A DNA stretch of 64,000 nt from an uncultured Nitrososphaerota archaeon (GTDB lineage: Archaea; Thermoproteota; Nitrososphaeria; Nitrososphaerales; Nitrosopumilaceae): positions 160,001 to 224,000 of the forward strand of contig OY969559.1 in NCBI GenBank assembly GCA_963701075.1. Direction: 5' to 3'. The position numbers and the translations under genes were made by a program. Below the pieces are notes generated by a model that had not been told where the DNA came from, searched no databases, and saw nothing but the letters and a program-made list of their open reading frames with translations. Each line of letters begins with the position of its first letter. Within the stretch, counting starts at the first letter, position 1. Below, piece by piece: positions 17,446-28,134 of the stretch.

Positions 17446-18744
17446 GTGAAGATGCCAACTGTCTGGCTTACAAGACTGGCAGGTGAGGGAAAACCCACCA
17501 GGATGATTTCAAAACAGGAAGGTGTCATAATAAATTCCAAATTAATCAGAGTTACACATAATCAAAAATACATGTTAAAAGCAAACGTGATTTGTAGACA
17601 AGGTATTCCTAATGCTGCATATTTATGTGCAATAATATTAGATAAAGACAAAAAAGAAATTGATCGAAAAATAAGATGGATAAACGATTTTAGCGGTAAT
17701 CCAGTTGACTATACCATAATTTTCAAAACTTTTTTAGGAGCTGCATATGCAACACTAGGTTTTCGAATAAATACTGAAAACCAAGGGATTAAGAATCTGG
17801 AGCCAACAAGGGACACCTTTGAAATAGAATTACCATCAGTATCTCTTTTAGGATTAGACACTATTGACAAAGATGCCGAGGAACAGTATGATCATCTAAT
17901 TGCTCCTCCATCTAATCCATTGACAGAAGAAGAAGAAAATACTTTAGAAAGAAAAACTGTGTGGGTTTTTGGCTCTCCTCGATCTGGCTCAACATGGTTA
18001 GCTGCAGGTTTATTGAATCATGAACAAAATATTTTGTGGGATGAACCTTTGGTGGGATATCATATCATAAATTTATATGAATGGTATGAAGATAGAAGTG
18101 ATTTTTTCTATTCTACAATGCACAAGTACTCTTGGCAACAACTATTGAGAAAAATGATTCTTTCAAGGACATATTCACAAGCTCGTACTTTAACAAAAAA
18201 TGTAATCATCAAAGAACCAAACTCTAGTAGTGGCGCTGATTTTATTATGAACTGTCTTCCAAATTCGAAGTTACTTTTCTTGTTAAGGGATGGCAGAGAT
18301 GTTGTCGACTCTATGATTGATGCACACAATCCAAATTCATGGAATAGGGAATTATCACTAATGCCATTGACTGATGCTGCCCATAGATTAGAATATTTAA
18401 AAAAATATTCAGAGAATTGGAGATTTTTTACCGAGGTTGTCTTGAAAGCATATAACAAACATAATCCTGGTTTACGGCTCTTAGTCAAATATGAAGACTT
18501 GAGAAAAGATACCGTAAACCAATTACAAAGAATTTATGACTTTCTCGGTATTGAAATTAGTAAAGAAGCATTAGAATCAATAGTGGAAAAAAATAGGTTT
18601 GAGAATATAAAGCCAGAATTACGCGGATCTGGTAAGTTCCATAGGTCTGCAACACCAGGAAAATGGAAAGAAAACTTTTCAGATGAAGAAAAATATGCAA
18701 TGGAACAGATAATGGGTAATACTTTACGAAAACTAGGATACTAG
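17446..18744 (+). CDS. Sulfotransferase with N-terminal beta-rich extra domain
   Basis: GSPRSGSTW, RDGRDVVDS, YEDL, GKWK motifs. Confidence 0.85.
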   Translation: MKMPTVWLTRLAGEGKPTRMISKQEGVIINSKLIRVTHNQKYMLKANVICRQGIPNAAYLCAIILDKDKKEIDRKIRWINDFSGNPVDYTIIFKTFLGAAYATLGFRINTENQGIKNLEPTRDTFEIELPSVSLLGLDTIDKDAEEQYDHLIAPPSNPLTEEEENTLERKTVWVFGSPRSGSTWLAAGLLNHEQNILWDEPLVGYHIINLYEWYEDRSDFFYSTMHKYSWQQLLRKMILSRTYSQARTLTKNVIIKEPNSSSGADFIMNCLPNSKLLFLLRDGRDVVDSMIDAHNPNSWNRELSLMPLTDAAHRLEYLKKYSENWRFFTEVVLKAYNKHNPGLRLLVKYEDLRKDTVNQLQRIYDFLGIEISKEALESIVEKNRFENIKPELRGSGKFHRSATPGKWKENFSDEEKYAMEQIMGNTLRKLGY

Positions 18745-18843
18745 TTCAAGAGTTCCATCTTTCTCAGATGTTTCCTTGCTTCAACTAAAGATTGTTATGA
18801 CTGGCAAGTAATGTTTTGATATCATACCACTAAAATCAGTTCA

Positions 18844-19599
18844 TTATGTTCTTATTTGTGATGCAAACTGTCTGTACTTTTCAACTACAGTTTTTGGATC
18901 TCCATATTCCTGAATCCTACCATTGTGTATCCATAGTACATTGTCACAAAGTTTTTCCATCTGTTCTACTGCATGTGATACAAATACAATCGTTTTCCCT
19001 TTCTTTTTAAATTCCATAAATGCGTTAAAGCTCTTCTCCTGGAACGAGATATCACCTACTGATAACACCTCATCTACAAGTAAGATATCTGGGTCTACCT
19101 GAATTGCAGTAGAAAACGCCAATCTGGCGTTCATTCCTGATGAAAAGTTCTTCAATTTTGTATCAAGGAATTTTTCAAGCTCTGCAAATCTGGATATATC
19201 TTCTATCTTTTGTGTGATCTCTTTTTTTGTAAATCCCAGAATTACACCGTATATTATTATGTTGTCCCTTGCAGTAAGTTCTCCATTAAATCCTGTTCCA
19301 AGCTCCAAGAAAGGAATTACTTTACCATTTATGATTACATTTCCTTTGTCAGGACGGTATATTCTTCCTATTATCTTAAGTAGCGTGGTCTTGCCGCTTC
19401 CATTGAATCCTATTATCCCAAGCATCTGGCCTTTTCTTACTGAAAAAGAGATATCTTTTAGAACTGGAAGTTCCTCAAAGGTTCGCTTTTTATCAAAAAA
19501 TGATGTGATGTATTCAAATACAGAGGTTCTTTTTTCATGAAACAGCCTAAATGACTTGGATACGTTTTTCACTATGATGGAATAGCTGTCTTCTTCCAA
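18844..19599 (-). CDS. wzt: Polysaccharide ABC exporter ATPase
   Basis: GFNGSGKTT, FSSGM..RL, LLVDEVL, VSH; TTG start next to the wzm stop. Confidence 0.9.
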   Translation of the reverse strand: MEEDSYSIIVKNVSKSFRLFHEKRTSVFEYITSFFDKKRTFEELPVLKDISFSVRKGQMLGIIGFNGSGKTTLLKIIGRIYRPDKGNVIINGKVIPFLELGTGFNGELTARDNIIIYGVILGFTKKEITQKIEDISRFAELEKFLDTKLKNFSSGMNARLAFSTAIQVDPDILLVDEVLSVGDISFQEKSFNAFMEFKKKGKTIVFVSHAVEQMEKLCDNVLWIHNGRIQEYGDPKTVVEKYRQFASQIRT

Positions 19600-19600
19600 T

Positions 19601-20377
19601 CTAGATCTCCTCGACAAGTCTTTTATCTTTGAGCCTAAAAACAAGGTACCCAACTATGAAAATTACAGCTGTTGAAATTATCATATATGATGTTTCAAGA
19701 GCAGTTGGAAGTGTGCCGTAGAGTACAAGGCCACGAGATGTATCAAGTATTGGTACAAGTGGATTTATTTCAAGTATATTTCTTATATTTTCAGGATAGA
19801 TGCCAAGCGTGTAAAATATTGGAGTAAGAAAAAAGCCAGCTTGTAGTGCAATCTGCCAGATAAACTTGATATCCCTAAAGTATACTGTCAGGGGCGACAA
19901 GATAAGAGAGACCCCAAAGGAGAGTACGAAAAGATCTACAAGTAAGAGGGGCAGCAAAGCAATTGTTACAGGTGGGACGAAATGAAATATCACAACAAAA
20001 AAGGCAAATGCGATAAACTCAAAGCACATCATTATAAATGAGGTAAGAGATGAGCTAAGAACTATAATCTCTCTTCTAAAGTAGACTTTCTTTATTATGC
20101 CTGATTTATCAAGGAGACTTGTCTGTCCCATCGAGGTTGCCCTTGAGAACATGTACCAGATTACAAGTCCCAGAAGAAGATAGAGCGGAAAGTCCGGTAT
20201 TGTATTCTTAAATATATTGGTAAAGACAAAGTAAAGGACTCCAAGCATCAAAAGTGGCTCAAGAAAGGACCACAAAAAACCAAGTACTGAGTTCCTGTAC
20301 CTTATCCTAACATCATTGAAGGCAAGAAGTACGATAAGTGACCTGTGGCTCCATATCTCTTCTAAAAGGCTTGACAT
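19601..20377 (-). CDS. wzm: Polysaccharide ABC exporter permease
   Basis: RYRNSVLGFLWS.LEPL, FRD, TPIFY, NPL motifs. Confidence 0.9.
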   Translation of the reverse strand: MSSLLEEIWSHRSLIVLLAFNDVRIRYRNSVLGFLWSFLEPLLMLGVLYFVFTNIFKNTIPDFPLYLLLGLVIWYMFSRATSMGQTSLLDKSGIIKKVYFRREIIVLSSSLTSFIMMCFEFIAFAFFVVIFHFVPPVTIALLPLLLVDLFVLSFGVSLILSPLTVYFRDIKFIWQIALQAGFFLTPIFYTLGIYPENIRNILEINPLVPILDTSRGLVLYGTLPTALETSYMIISTAVIFIVGYLVFRLKDKRLVEEI

Positions 20378-20542
20378 TGAGCAGAATCTACTCTTGTTAG
20401 TATTATAATGTTAACCTCTAGTCTGAATTTGATTACCATATATTTACTGGATTATTCCCATGTCTCAGATAGTTTGATTTACAACCTTTATGGCCCAAAT
20501 TTATAATAGAACTCAAAAAATGTCTTGTTCTAAATTTATCTA

Positions 20543-21424
20543 CTATAATGATCGTCTTGAAGTCCTAACAATACTGAATAGGACAACCGACATTAACAAC
20601 AACATTAAGCCAATCAAAAGTGCTCCAAAAGCCACTAGGGTCAGCGGTATTGAGAAATATCTTGACTCGTTAAAATAAGATAATACCATAACAGAAGAGA
20701 CTGCACCGACTATAAGAAATCCCAATCCCGGCAACCCCAAGTACTTTAATGGATGTTTCAATGCAATAAGTTCTATCAGGGATGCCAGCACCTCAGTGGT
20801 ATGAGAAACAGGGTTTTTCGTGGATGTTTTTGATCCTGTGTTGTACAGTACCGTTATTTTTTTTTCAGTAATTTTTAATCCCTTTTTGAACGCATCTATC
20901 AAGATCTCTGAATCTGACCCAAAGCCATTAGAAACAAAGTTGATAGTCTCTATGGCCTTTTTTGAGTATGCTCGAAATCCACTCTGAGTATCCCTAAAGG
21001 GTAGGTCTGAAGCAATCTTTGTTACTCTATCGAGCATCTTGTTACCGACCATTCTATATTTTGGCATCTCTTTTGAATTATCAAAACGATAACCAATTAC
21101 TACATCATATTGGTCCTTTTCTATAGGAGCTATCAATTTGTCCATTTCTTCTGGTAAGAATTGTCCATCTCCATCTATTGTAACCATTATGTCTGCATTT
21201 ATCTCTCTTGCATACTTGAACAGAGATTGTAATGCAGCACCCTTGCCCAAGTTTTTTTGATGTTTGATAACAGTTGCGCCTTCCTCTTTAGAAATTTCTG
21301 CTGTTTGATCTGATGAACCATCATCGCACACCACAACAATATCTACATAATTTAATGCTCTTTTAATTACATCCGCTATTTTTTCTTCCACATTGAATGC
21401 AGGTATGGATGCTACTTTTAACAT
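20543..21424 (-). CDS. GT2 glycosyltransferase, dolichol-phosphate sugar synthase-like
   Basis: DDGSSD, DGDGQ, DTQSGFRA, two C-terminal TM helices. Confidence 0.85.
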   Translation of the reverse strand: MLKVASIPAFNVEEKIADVIKRALNYVDIVVVCDDGSSDQTAEISKEEGATVIKHQKNLGKGAALQSLFKYAREINADIMVTIDGDGQFLPEEMDKLIAPIEKDQYDVVIGYRFDNSKEMPKYRMVGNKMLDRVTKIASDLPFRDTQSGFRAYSKKAIETINFVSNGFGSDSEILIDAFKKGLKITEKKITVLYNTGSKTSTKNPVSHTTEVLASLIELIALKHPLKYLGLPGLGFLIVGAVSSVMVLSYFNESRYFSIPLTLVAFGALLIGLMLLLMSVVLFSIVRTSRRSL

Positions 21425-21523
21425 TACAATAAACGGTTGGCTGACTTCAATATATCCTCTTCAATCAGATATTGTTTGCCTTGATTTATAAAAGTCTAAT
21501 ATGGGTACTTTTGTAGTCTGTCC

Positions 21524-22825
21524 ATGAGATTAGGGGTTGCCATAGATTATGGAAAATATGCAAATGCTTCCAGTCTACATCTAATTGCAAGAAAAATATT
21601 TTTAGAACTTGGAAAGTTGATGAACAAAAAAAAGACTTTCACTGTATCAGCTTTACTATATGAAAATATTGGCATTGGAGATGTCAATCAACACTATGAC
21701 TGTATCAGTGTACCAAATATGGGAGGATACAAATTTCCTCACAAGGGTATCCTTACTGCAAATAATGTGGTAATAGGTTTGTCTGGAATAGACGAGGTAG
21801 TTTTGGGTCCTGCCGTCTTCAAAAATAAACTAGATTGGGAGAGAGTAAAACCACTCATAAGCAAAGAAATTTCAAATTGGAAAAAAGATGTCAATAAAAT
21901 AAACTTCATACATGTTCCATCTAATTCAGACAAGAAGCAGATGATAGAATATCTAAAAATCCCAGAGGAGAAGCTGCATGTCATATATCATGGTGTAGAC
22001 GGGGAAAAATTCTTTCCACCCAAAAATAAGAATGAAGTAATGAAAAAAATGGCTAGTGCATTCTATTTCCATCGATATAATCCCTATATCATTCACATAA
22101 GTGAAAGTAATTGGGCAAGAAAAAATGTATTTAGACTGCTAGAGGCGTTCAAGATTGCAAAGGAGCAAGGGATCAGACACAATCTCTTCATAATAGGAAG
22201 AATGGATCCCATAGTATATGAAAAAGCCCAACAGATAACCGATGTTAAAATTCTGGGTTTTGTGTCAGAGGAACACTTGGCAATGTTGCTACAAGGAGCT
22301 GATGCATTGATCCTTCCTTCCCTCCATGAAGGTTTTGGTTTGCCACTAGCTGAAGCCATGGCCTGTGGTGTACCAGTGGTTACGTCAAATGTTTTCAGTC
22401 CTCCCGAGATAGCTGGCAGTGGAGGCCTATTTGTAGACCCGTACAATGTTTCTGACATCGCAGACAAGATAATAGAGATCTCAAAAAATGACTCACTTAG
22501 GGATTCTCTGTCAAGAAATGCCATAGAAGAATCTAGAAAATATTCATGGGAAAATGCAGCAATGACTTTGTTGAGCCTGATCGAAAAGAATACCAAGCCA
22601 AATTCTAAAGATTTTGATTTTTTAGAAAGCTATGACATGGCTGCATACCGAACACTTGTTTCAATTTGTCAGATGAAACATGATTTCTATAATACAGTAG
22701 TGAATGACCTTCTAAAGTGTGATTATAATAGAATAATAAATTGGGCGCTTGAGATTGGTTTGAAAGATCCCGATATAAGAGACTACCTTCTACCATTTGA
22801 GGAATGGTTAGTTTCTCATAGTTAA
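21524..22825 (+). CDS. GT4 glycosyltransferase
   Basis: PSLHEGFGLPLAEAMACG. Confidence 0.85.
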   Translation: MRLGVAIDYGKYANASSLHLIARKIFLELGKLMNKKKTFTVSALLYENIGIGDVNQHYDCISVPNMGGYKFPHKGILTANNVVIGLSGIDEVVLGPAVFKNKLDWERVKPLISKEISNWKKDVNKINFIHVPSNSDKKQMIEYLKIPEEKLHVIYHGVDGEKFFPPKNKNEVMKKMASAFYFHRYNPYIIHISESNWARKNVFRLLEAFKIAKEQGIRHNLFIIGRMDPIVYEKAQQITDVKILGFVSEEHLAMLLQGADALILPSLHEGFGLPLAEAMACGVPVVTSNVFSPPEIAGSGGLFVDPYNVSDIADKIIEISKNDSLRDSLSRNAIEESRKYSWENAAMTLLSLIEKNTKPNSKDFDFLESYDMAAYRTLVSICQMKHDFYNTVVNDLLKCDYNRIINWALEIGLKDPDIRDYLLPFEEWLVSHS

Positions 22826-22859
22826 AGTAGACCATTCTGGAAGGGAAGTTGAGGTTGTA

Positions 22860-24680
22860 ATGCAGCTAAAGTCAAGATATAGAAAGCTCACTAGACTTGC
22901 ACATTCTTCATCAGGTATGATTCGTGAATTTGGTTTCATTTTTTTCTTGAATACTGCATATTTCGAACTAAAGAAAAACAAGTTTTCAGTATTTTCACCA
23001 ATTCGAGAATTTAAAAAGCCGCCAAAGATCGCTTCACAATCTTCCTATAATCAATGGCTGAAAATTCATGAGATCACAGATAAAATGGAACAGGAAATGA
23101 AAGATAAATCGCAGAGATTTTCAAAGTTAAAGATGGCAGTGGTCATTTCACTTTACGATAGCAACAAGAAATTGTTTTCAGAAACCTTGAATTCCACACT
23201 CTCGCAAATCTATGAGAATTGGACAATTTACTTTGATTGTCAGGAATCTATTACAAAAGAAATTAGAGAATTGGCAAAAAAAACTGACCTTGAAGATAAG
23301 AGGATAAACTTTATGGAAAATAATTTCCAAAATTTTGATTTAGAAAATTTTGATTATTGCATTTTTGTAAACGGAGGAAGCGTTTTGACCAAAGATGCGC
23401 TCTATAGGATTGCCAGCCACTTAAATGAAGAACCAGAAGCTGACATAATTTATTCAGATGAGGATTTCATTGATTCTGGAAAGAGAACCACACCATTTTT
23501 TAAACCTGATTGGTCTCCAGAGACTTTTTTGAGCATGGATTATCTATCTAGCTTTTACGCAGTAAGAGCCGAACTTTTGAAGGAGACTTCATTTAGAGAC
23601 AATTACGGAGATGCTAAACATTACGATCTTCTGCTCAGACTTGGTGAAAAGACAAATAAAATAAGCCACATATCAACAGTGCTTGTAAGCATCAGAGAAC
23701 CAAGATGCAAAGAAACAGATGAGTCCATACAAAGCGCCATAAGATGCCTAACCGAAGCACTCAAACGGAGAAATATCAAGGGTGAGGTAGTAAGGGGTAA
23801 GAACAATGCAAAGGATTGGCCAATTTTTAGAATCAAATACGAGGTAGAAAAGGATCAGAAGGTAAGCATAATCATACCTACGAAGGATAACGTATCTCTT
23901 TTAAAGCGCTGCCTTTTAGCTTTAAAGAAAACAACATACAAAAATTATGAGATTGTCATAATAGATAACAACAGTACCAAGCAAGAAACGTTGTCATATC
24001 TCAAATCTTTGCCCTATACAATTGTACGATATCCAAATCAGTTCAACTTCTCAAAAATGAATAATCTTGCAGTAACCAAAACCTCAGGTGAATATTTGCT
24101 CTTCCTAAATGATGATACTGCCCCATTAGAACCAAATTGGCTTTCAGAGATGGTAGGTGCATGTAATCAAGATGGCGTGGGGGCAGTTGGTGCAAAACTT
24201 GTCCATTTAGATAATACCATACAACATGCAGGAATAGTTCTACTAAAGACCGGAGCAGGTTTTCACCCATGGCAGAATGTACCATCAAACGAGCCAGTGA
24301 ATTTTGGGTTCCTCAATTTGAGTAGAAATTGTACTGCGGTAACCGGAGCATGTTTACTGATAAAAAAAACAGTATTTGAAGAAATAGGTGGATATGATGA
24401 TGAATTTGATTTGTATTACGGTGATACTGATCTTTGCATGAAGGTGGTTGATATGGGGTACAGAGTTGTGTATAATCCATATGCAAAATTATTGCATCAA
24501 GGATCTAGCACTATCAAAGAACATTCCTCTGCCTTTTTTGCGGTGGAAAATCACTATCATTTTGTAAAAAAATGGCCGCACATAAAAAAGGGCGATCCCT
24601 TTTACAATCCCAACCTTGAATGGAATTACGAGATTAACTTGAACCCTATTGAAACAGTCACCACCGAATCTACATATTAA
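22860..24680 (+). CDS. Two-domain GT2 glycosyltransferase (possible rhamnan polymerase)
   Basis: YSDED..PFFKPDWS, FNFSKMNN, FLNDD, AVTGACL. Confidence 0.85.
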   Translation: MQLKSRYRKLTRLAHSSSGMIREFGFIFFLNTAYFELKKNKFSVFSPIREFKKPPKIASQSSYNQWLKIHEITDKMEQEMKDKSQRFSKLKMAVVISLYDSNKKLFSETLNSTLSQIYENWTIYFDCQESITKEIRELAKKTDLEDKRINFMENNFQNFDLENFDYCIFVNGGSVLTKDALYRIASHLNEEPEADIIYSDEDFIDSGKRTTPFFKPDWSPETFLSMDYLSSFYAVRAELLKETSFRDNYGDAKHYDLLLRLGEKTNKISHISTVLVSIREPRCKETDESIQSAIRCLTEALKRRNIKGEVVRGKNNAKDWPIFRIKYEVEKDQKVSIIIPTKDNVSLLKRCLLALKKTTYKNYEIVIIDNNSTKQETLSYLKSLPYTIVRYPNQFNFSKMNNLAVTKTSGEYLLFLNDDTAPLEPNWLSEMVGACNQDGVGAVGAKLVHLDNTIQHAGIVLLKTGAGFHPWQNVPSNEPVNFGFLNLSRNCTAVTGACLLIKKTVFEEIGGYDDEFDLYYGDTDLCMKVVDMGYRVVYNPYAKLLHQGSSTIKEHSSAFFAVENHYHFVKKWPHIKKGDPFYNPNLEWNYEINLNPIETVTTESTY

Positions 24681-24708
24681 TTAAGGTTTATCAGGTAAAA
24701 TATTTGAT

Positions 24709-27363
24709 ATGAAATTTTTAGGTAATACAAAATCAGAGATGTTAAAAAAATATACAGAATTTTTGAACGATACATATAATGAGCTATTGCACAGGCCCCC
24801 AGACAAGGCTGGATTGGATCACTACATCTCAGAACTGGCAAACAAAAAAATTACGATGGAAGGTGTGAGAAAGGAGATTTTAGAATCGGAGGAAAGAAAA
24901 CTCGTTCTTGCTGAAGAAAAGCTCGCTCTTGCTGAAGAAAAATACAAAAAACCGTTGGAGGAGCTGTATGATGAGCTATTGCGCAGGCCTCCAGACAAGG
25001 CGGGATTGGATCATTATATCGGGTTACTGGCAAACGAAAAAATTACGATGGAAGGTGTGAGAAAGGAGATTTTAGAATCGGAGGAAGGAAGGAATGTACA
25101 GTCTTTTTCGCATTATTCAGCAAAATACTGGAACGATTTGAAAGAGGTGCAGAGATACAAGAATAGGTTAGCAACCGGAGATGAATCAACGGAGATATGC
25201 CAAACAAAGAAAAGTTATACATTGTTGTGCAACATTTGTGGCTCCAAGAAAGGATTTATCAACAGTCACCATGGTGCTTTGAGAGAAGGACTTTCTTGCA
25301 AAAATTGCGGTTCAACCAGTAGAGATAGAGGATACATTTGGACATTAGGATATGCCATGAAATTAGAAAACATGCCGCTTTGTGATTGGCCAATCAATAA
25401 ATCGATAAAAATACTTGAGACGTCAGGATATAGAAGTTATCCAAAATATTTGACTGAAAAATTCGACTACTATAATCCAAAATTTTCAGATGATCCAAAA
25501 TTACTAGATGAAAATCCCAAGGAATTTGCAGACGTTGAAAATTTACAGTATGAAAAAGATTTCTTCGATTATGTGATCTCTTCTGATGTTTTTGAACACG
25601 TACGAAGAGACAACGTGGCCTTTGAGAATATATATAATGTGTTGAAGCCTGGAGGCCTTTTTGTCCTAACTGCACCATTGGTTTTGGGTTTACCAGAAAA
25701 CCAAAACAGGATCAAAATAGGAGAAACACAAGAACAAGATGTTCCATTACTGAGCAAATTCTATCATTCAGATAACTCGTTGGTATACAGAGTTTATGGG
25801 CTGGAAATTTTACAACAATTAAACCAATTTGGCTTCTTCAGCGTGATAATCAATCTCCAACAGCCGGAATTTAATATAAGTACTCAAGAAGTGGTCTTGA
25901 GCAGAAAGAACAATCCCATACAACTGGACAGGTTGTATGGTGACACCAATGTTTCCATGATCAAAAATATTGCACAAGGTAATGCAATATCAGAGGAGCT
26001 CTTGAAAAAATATACGGAAATTTTGAATGATGCATATAATGAGCTATTGCACAGGCCCCCAGACAAGGCTGGATTGGATCACTACATCTCGGAACTGGCA
26101 AACGATACAATTACTATTGAAGATGTGATAAAGGAGATTTTAGAAACGGAGGAAGGAAAACTCGTTCTTGCTGAAGAAAAATACAAAAAACCGTTGGAGG
26201 AGCTGTATGATGAGCTATTGCGTAGGCCTCCAGACAAGGCTGGATTGGATCACTACATCTCGGAACTGGCAAACGATACAATTACTATTGAAGGTGTAAG
26301 AAAGGAGATTTTAGAATCAGAGGAAGGAAAACTTGCTCTTGCTGAAGAAAAGCTCGCTCTTGCTGAAGAAAAATACAAAAAACCGTTGGAGGAGCTGTAT
26401 AACCAGTTATTGCGCAGGCCTCCAGACAAGGCGGGATTGGATCACTATATCTCAGAACTGGCAAACGAAACAATTACTATTGAAGGTGTGAGAAAGGAGA
26501 TTTTAGAATCAGAGGAAGGAAGGAATGTACAGTCTTTTTCGCATTATTCAGCAAAATACTGGAACGATTTGAAAGAGGTGCAGGAATACAAGAATAGGTT
26601 AGCAACCGGAGATGAATCAAAGGATTGGATCGATGACATATCTTACCGTTTCAACACTTATTTGCCTTTTGAAGACGTTCTAATAGTTGGTTGCGGCAAT
26701 GGATGGCTTGAAAGAAGACTGTATGATCTTGGAATTGGCCTACATTTTGATGCATTTGATATTTCAGAGAAATACTTGAAAATTGCACGGCAAGAAAAGC
26801 ACAACAGGAAAATTAACTATTTTGTTTCTGACATCAATTCCATGGAAAATATAGAAGAAAAAAAATATGATGCCGTCTTCAACTATGCAATACTGCATCA
26901 TGCTGACAATTTAGAGGCTGCTGTGAAAAAACTTGCAAAAGTTCTAAAACCAAATGGTCTAATGTTCAATGAGGAATATGTTGGACCCTCAAGAAATCAA
27001 TATTCTGACCAGCACCTAACAATAATGAGAAATACGATGCTTCAATTGCCTCCTAGATTTAGATCCACATATCCTTTAAGACCCTCCCTAACCAATTTTC
27101 GAGTGGAACCTACTGAGGCAGTTCACTCGGATCTTATTCGTTCCACTTTTAAGAAATATTTTGACACAATCTATGAAAGAAATCTTAATGGAGGCGTGGC
27201 ATATCAAATTTTGTGGAATAACATAGACCCTTTCAAAGACAAGTCAGACATAGAAGCTCAAGATACATTAAAGCACCTCCTAGAAATTGACTATGAATTG
27301 TCTGCAAGTAATCAAGTGCCCATACTATTTTGGTATAGCGTAGGAAAACCAAGAAAAATATAG
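24709..27363 (+). CDS. DUF4214-like repeat protein with two SAM-dependent methyltransferase domains
   Basis: Five LL.RPPD.AGL.HY repeats; CNIC..CKNC plus DVFEHV domain; VGCGNG..ER domain. Confidence 0.8.
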   Translation: MKFLGNTKSEMLKKYTEFLNDTYNELLHRPPDKAGLDHYISELANKKITMEGVRKEILESEERKLVLAEEKLALAEEKYKKPLEELYDELLRRPPDKAGLDHYIGLLANEKITMEGVRKEILESEEGRNVQSFSHYSAKYWNDLKEVQRYKNRLATGDESTEICQTKKSYTLLCNICGSKKGFINSHHGALREGLSCKNCGSTSRDRGYIWTLGYAMKLENMPLCDWPINKSIKILETSGYRSYPKYLTEKFDYYNPKFSDDPKLLDENPKEFADVENLQYEKDFFDYVISSDVFEHVRRDNVAFENIYNVLKPGGLFVLTAPLVLGLPENQNRIKIGETQEQDVPLLSKFYHSDNSLVYRVYGLEILQQLNQFGFFSVIINLQQPEFNISTQEVVLSRKNNPIQLDRLYGDTNVSMIKNIAQGNAISEELLKKYTEILNDAYNELLHRPPDKAGLDHYISELANDTITIEDVIKEILETEEGKLVLAEEKYKKPLEELYDELLRRPPDKAGLDHYISELANDTITIEGVRKEILESEEGKLALAEEKLALAEEKYKKPLEELYNQLLRRPPDKAGLDHYISELANETITIEGVRKEILESEEGRNVQSFSHYSAKYWNDLKEVQEYKNRLATGDESKDWIDDISYRFNTYLPFEDVLIVGCGNGWLERRLYDLGIGLHFDAFDISEKYLKIARQEKHNRKINYFVSDINSMENIEEKKYDAVFNYAILHHADNLEAAVKKLAKVLKPNGLMFNEEYVGPSRNQYSDQHLTIMRNTMLQLPPRFRSTYPLRPSLTNFRVEPTEAVHSDLIRSTFKKYFDTIYERNLNGGVAYQILWNNIDPFKDKSDIEAQDTLKHLLEIDYELSASNQVPILFWYSVGKPRKI

Positions 27364-27379
27364 AATGATGTAGATATAG

Positions 27380-27424
27380 AGACAGATTATTATGAATAAG
27401 ACAGATTATTATGAATAAGACAGA
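27380..27424 (+). repeat. 19-bp tandem duplication spanning a start codon
   Basis: AGACAGATTATTATGAATA x2 plus partial third copy. Confidence 0.9.
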
Positions 27425-28094
27425 AAAGGGAATTCTCATTTTTTATTCAATTCTTGCAATTTCGTATCTAGTGATAAACGTGCAGATGAATCAAACCTAT
27501 GCAAACGTCAGATTCCCTAATGAGACTCCATCTCTTGTGAGTGGATTGACCGACAAGTATGAAAATACTGTAGACCATTTGTACAGAGAAATACTTCACA
27601 GGCCTGCAGATAAAACTGGTTTGATGTACTACAGTGATGCGCTTAGGAGCGGCAAGATGACAGTTGATGACATAAGAAATGCACTTGCCAACTCGTCAGA
27701 GGCAAAGGCAGAAGAATCCTCGGCTATGTTAAATGAAACAACAGAGAAAACCATAACGCAATTATACAGCCAGATACTTCACAGGGGACCAGATATTCAT
27801 GGAATGTCATTTTATGGATCCTCGCTTGAAAACGGTAAGATGACAGTTGGTGACATAAGAAATGCACTTGCCAACTCAGATGAAGCTAAGATGTATATGG
27901 CTCCAAACGAGTTTATGCCCGTTTATGAATTAAGCAATAGTACCAAAGATACCATTACCAACATCTACGTCAAGGTGTTTGATAGAACTCCATTAGCAAA
28001 TGAGATGGCATACTATGGTTCCTATCTTCAGAACGGCAGGATGACCCCAGATCAGATACAAAGTATTCTAATGTCTGAGAAGAGTGGACAGTAG
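27411..28094 (+). CDS. Membrane-anchored protein with three DUF4214-like repeats
   Basis: N-terminal TM; LY..IL.R..D..G..YY...L..G.MT repeats. Confidence 0.8.
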   Translation: MNKTEKGILIFYSILAISYLVINVQMNQTYANVRFPNETPSLVSGLTDKYENTVDHLYREILHRPADKTGLMYYSDALRSGKMTVDDIRNALANSSEAKAEESSAMLNETTEKTITQLYSQILHRGPDIHGMSFYGSSLENGKMTVGDIRNALANSDEAKMYMAPNEFMPVYELSNSTKDTITNIYVKVFDRTPLANEMAYYGSYLQNGRMTPDQIQSILMSEKSGQ

Positions 28095-28134
28095 TTTCCA
28101 TCAAGTACAATGATATTACTGAGAAACTAGCTCG

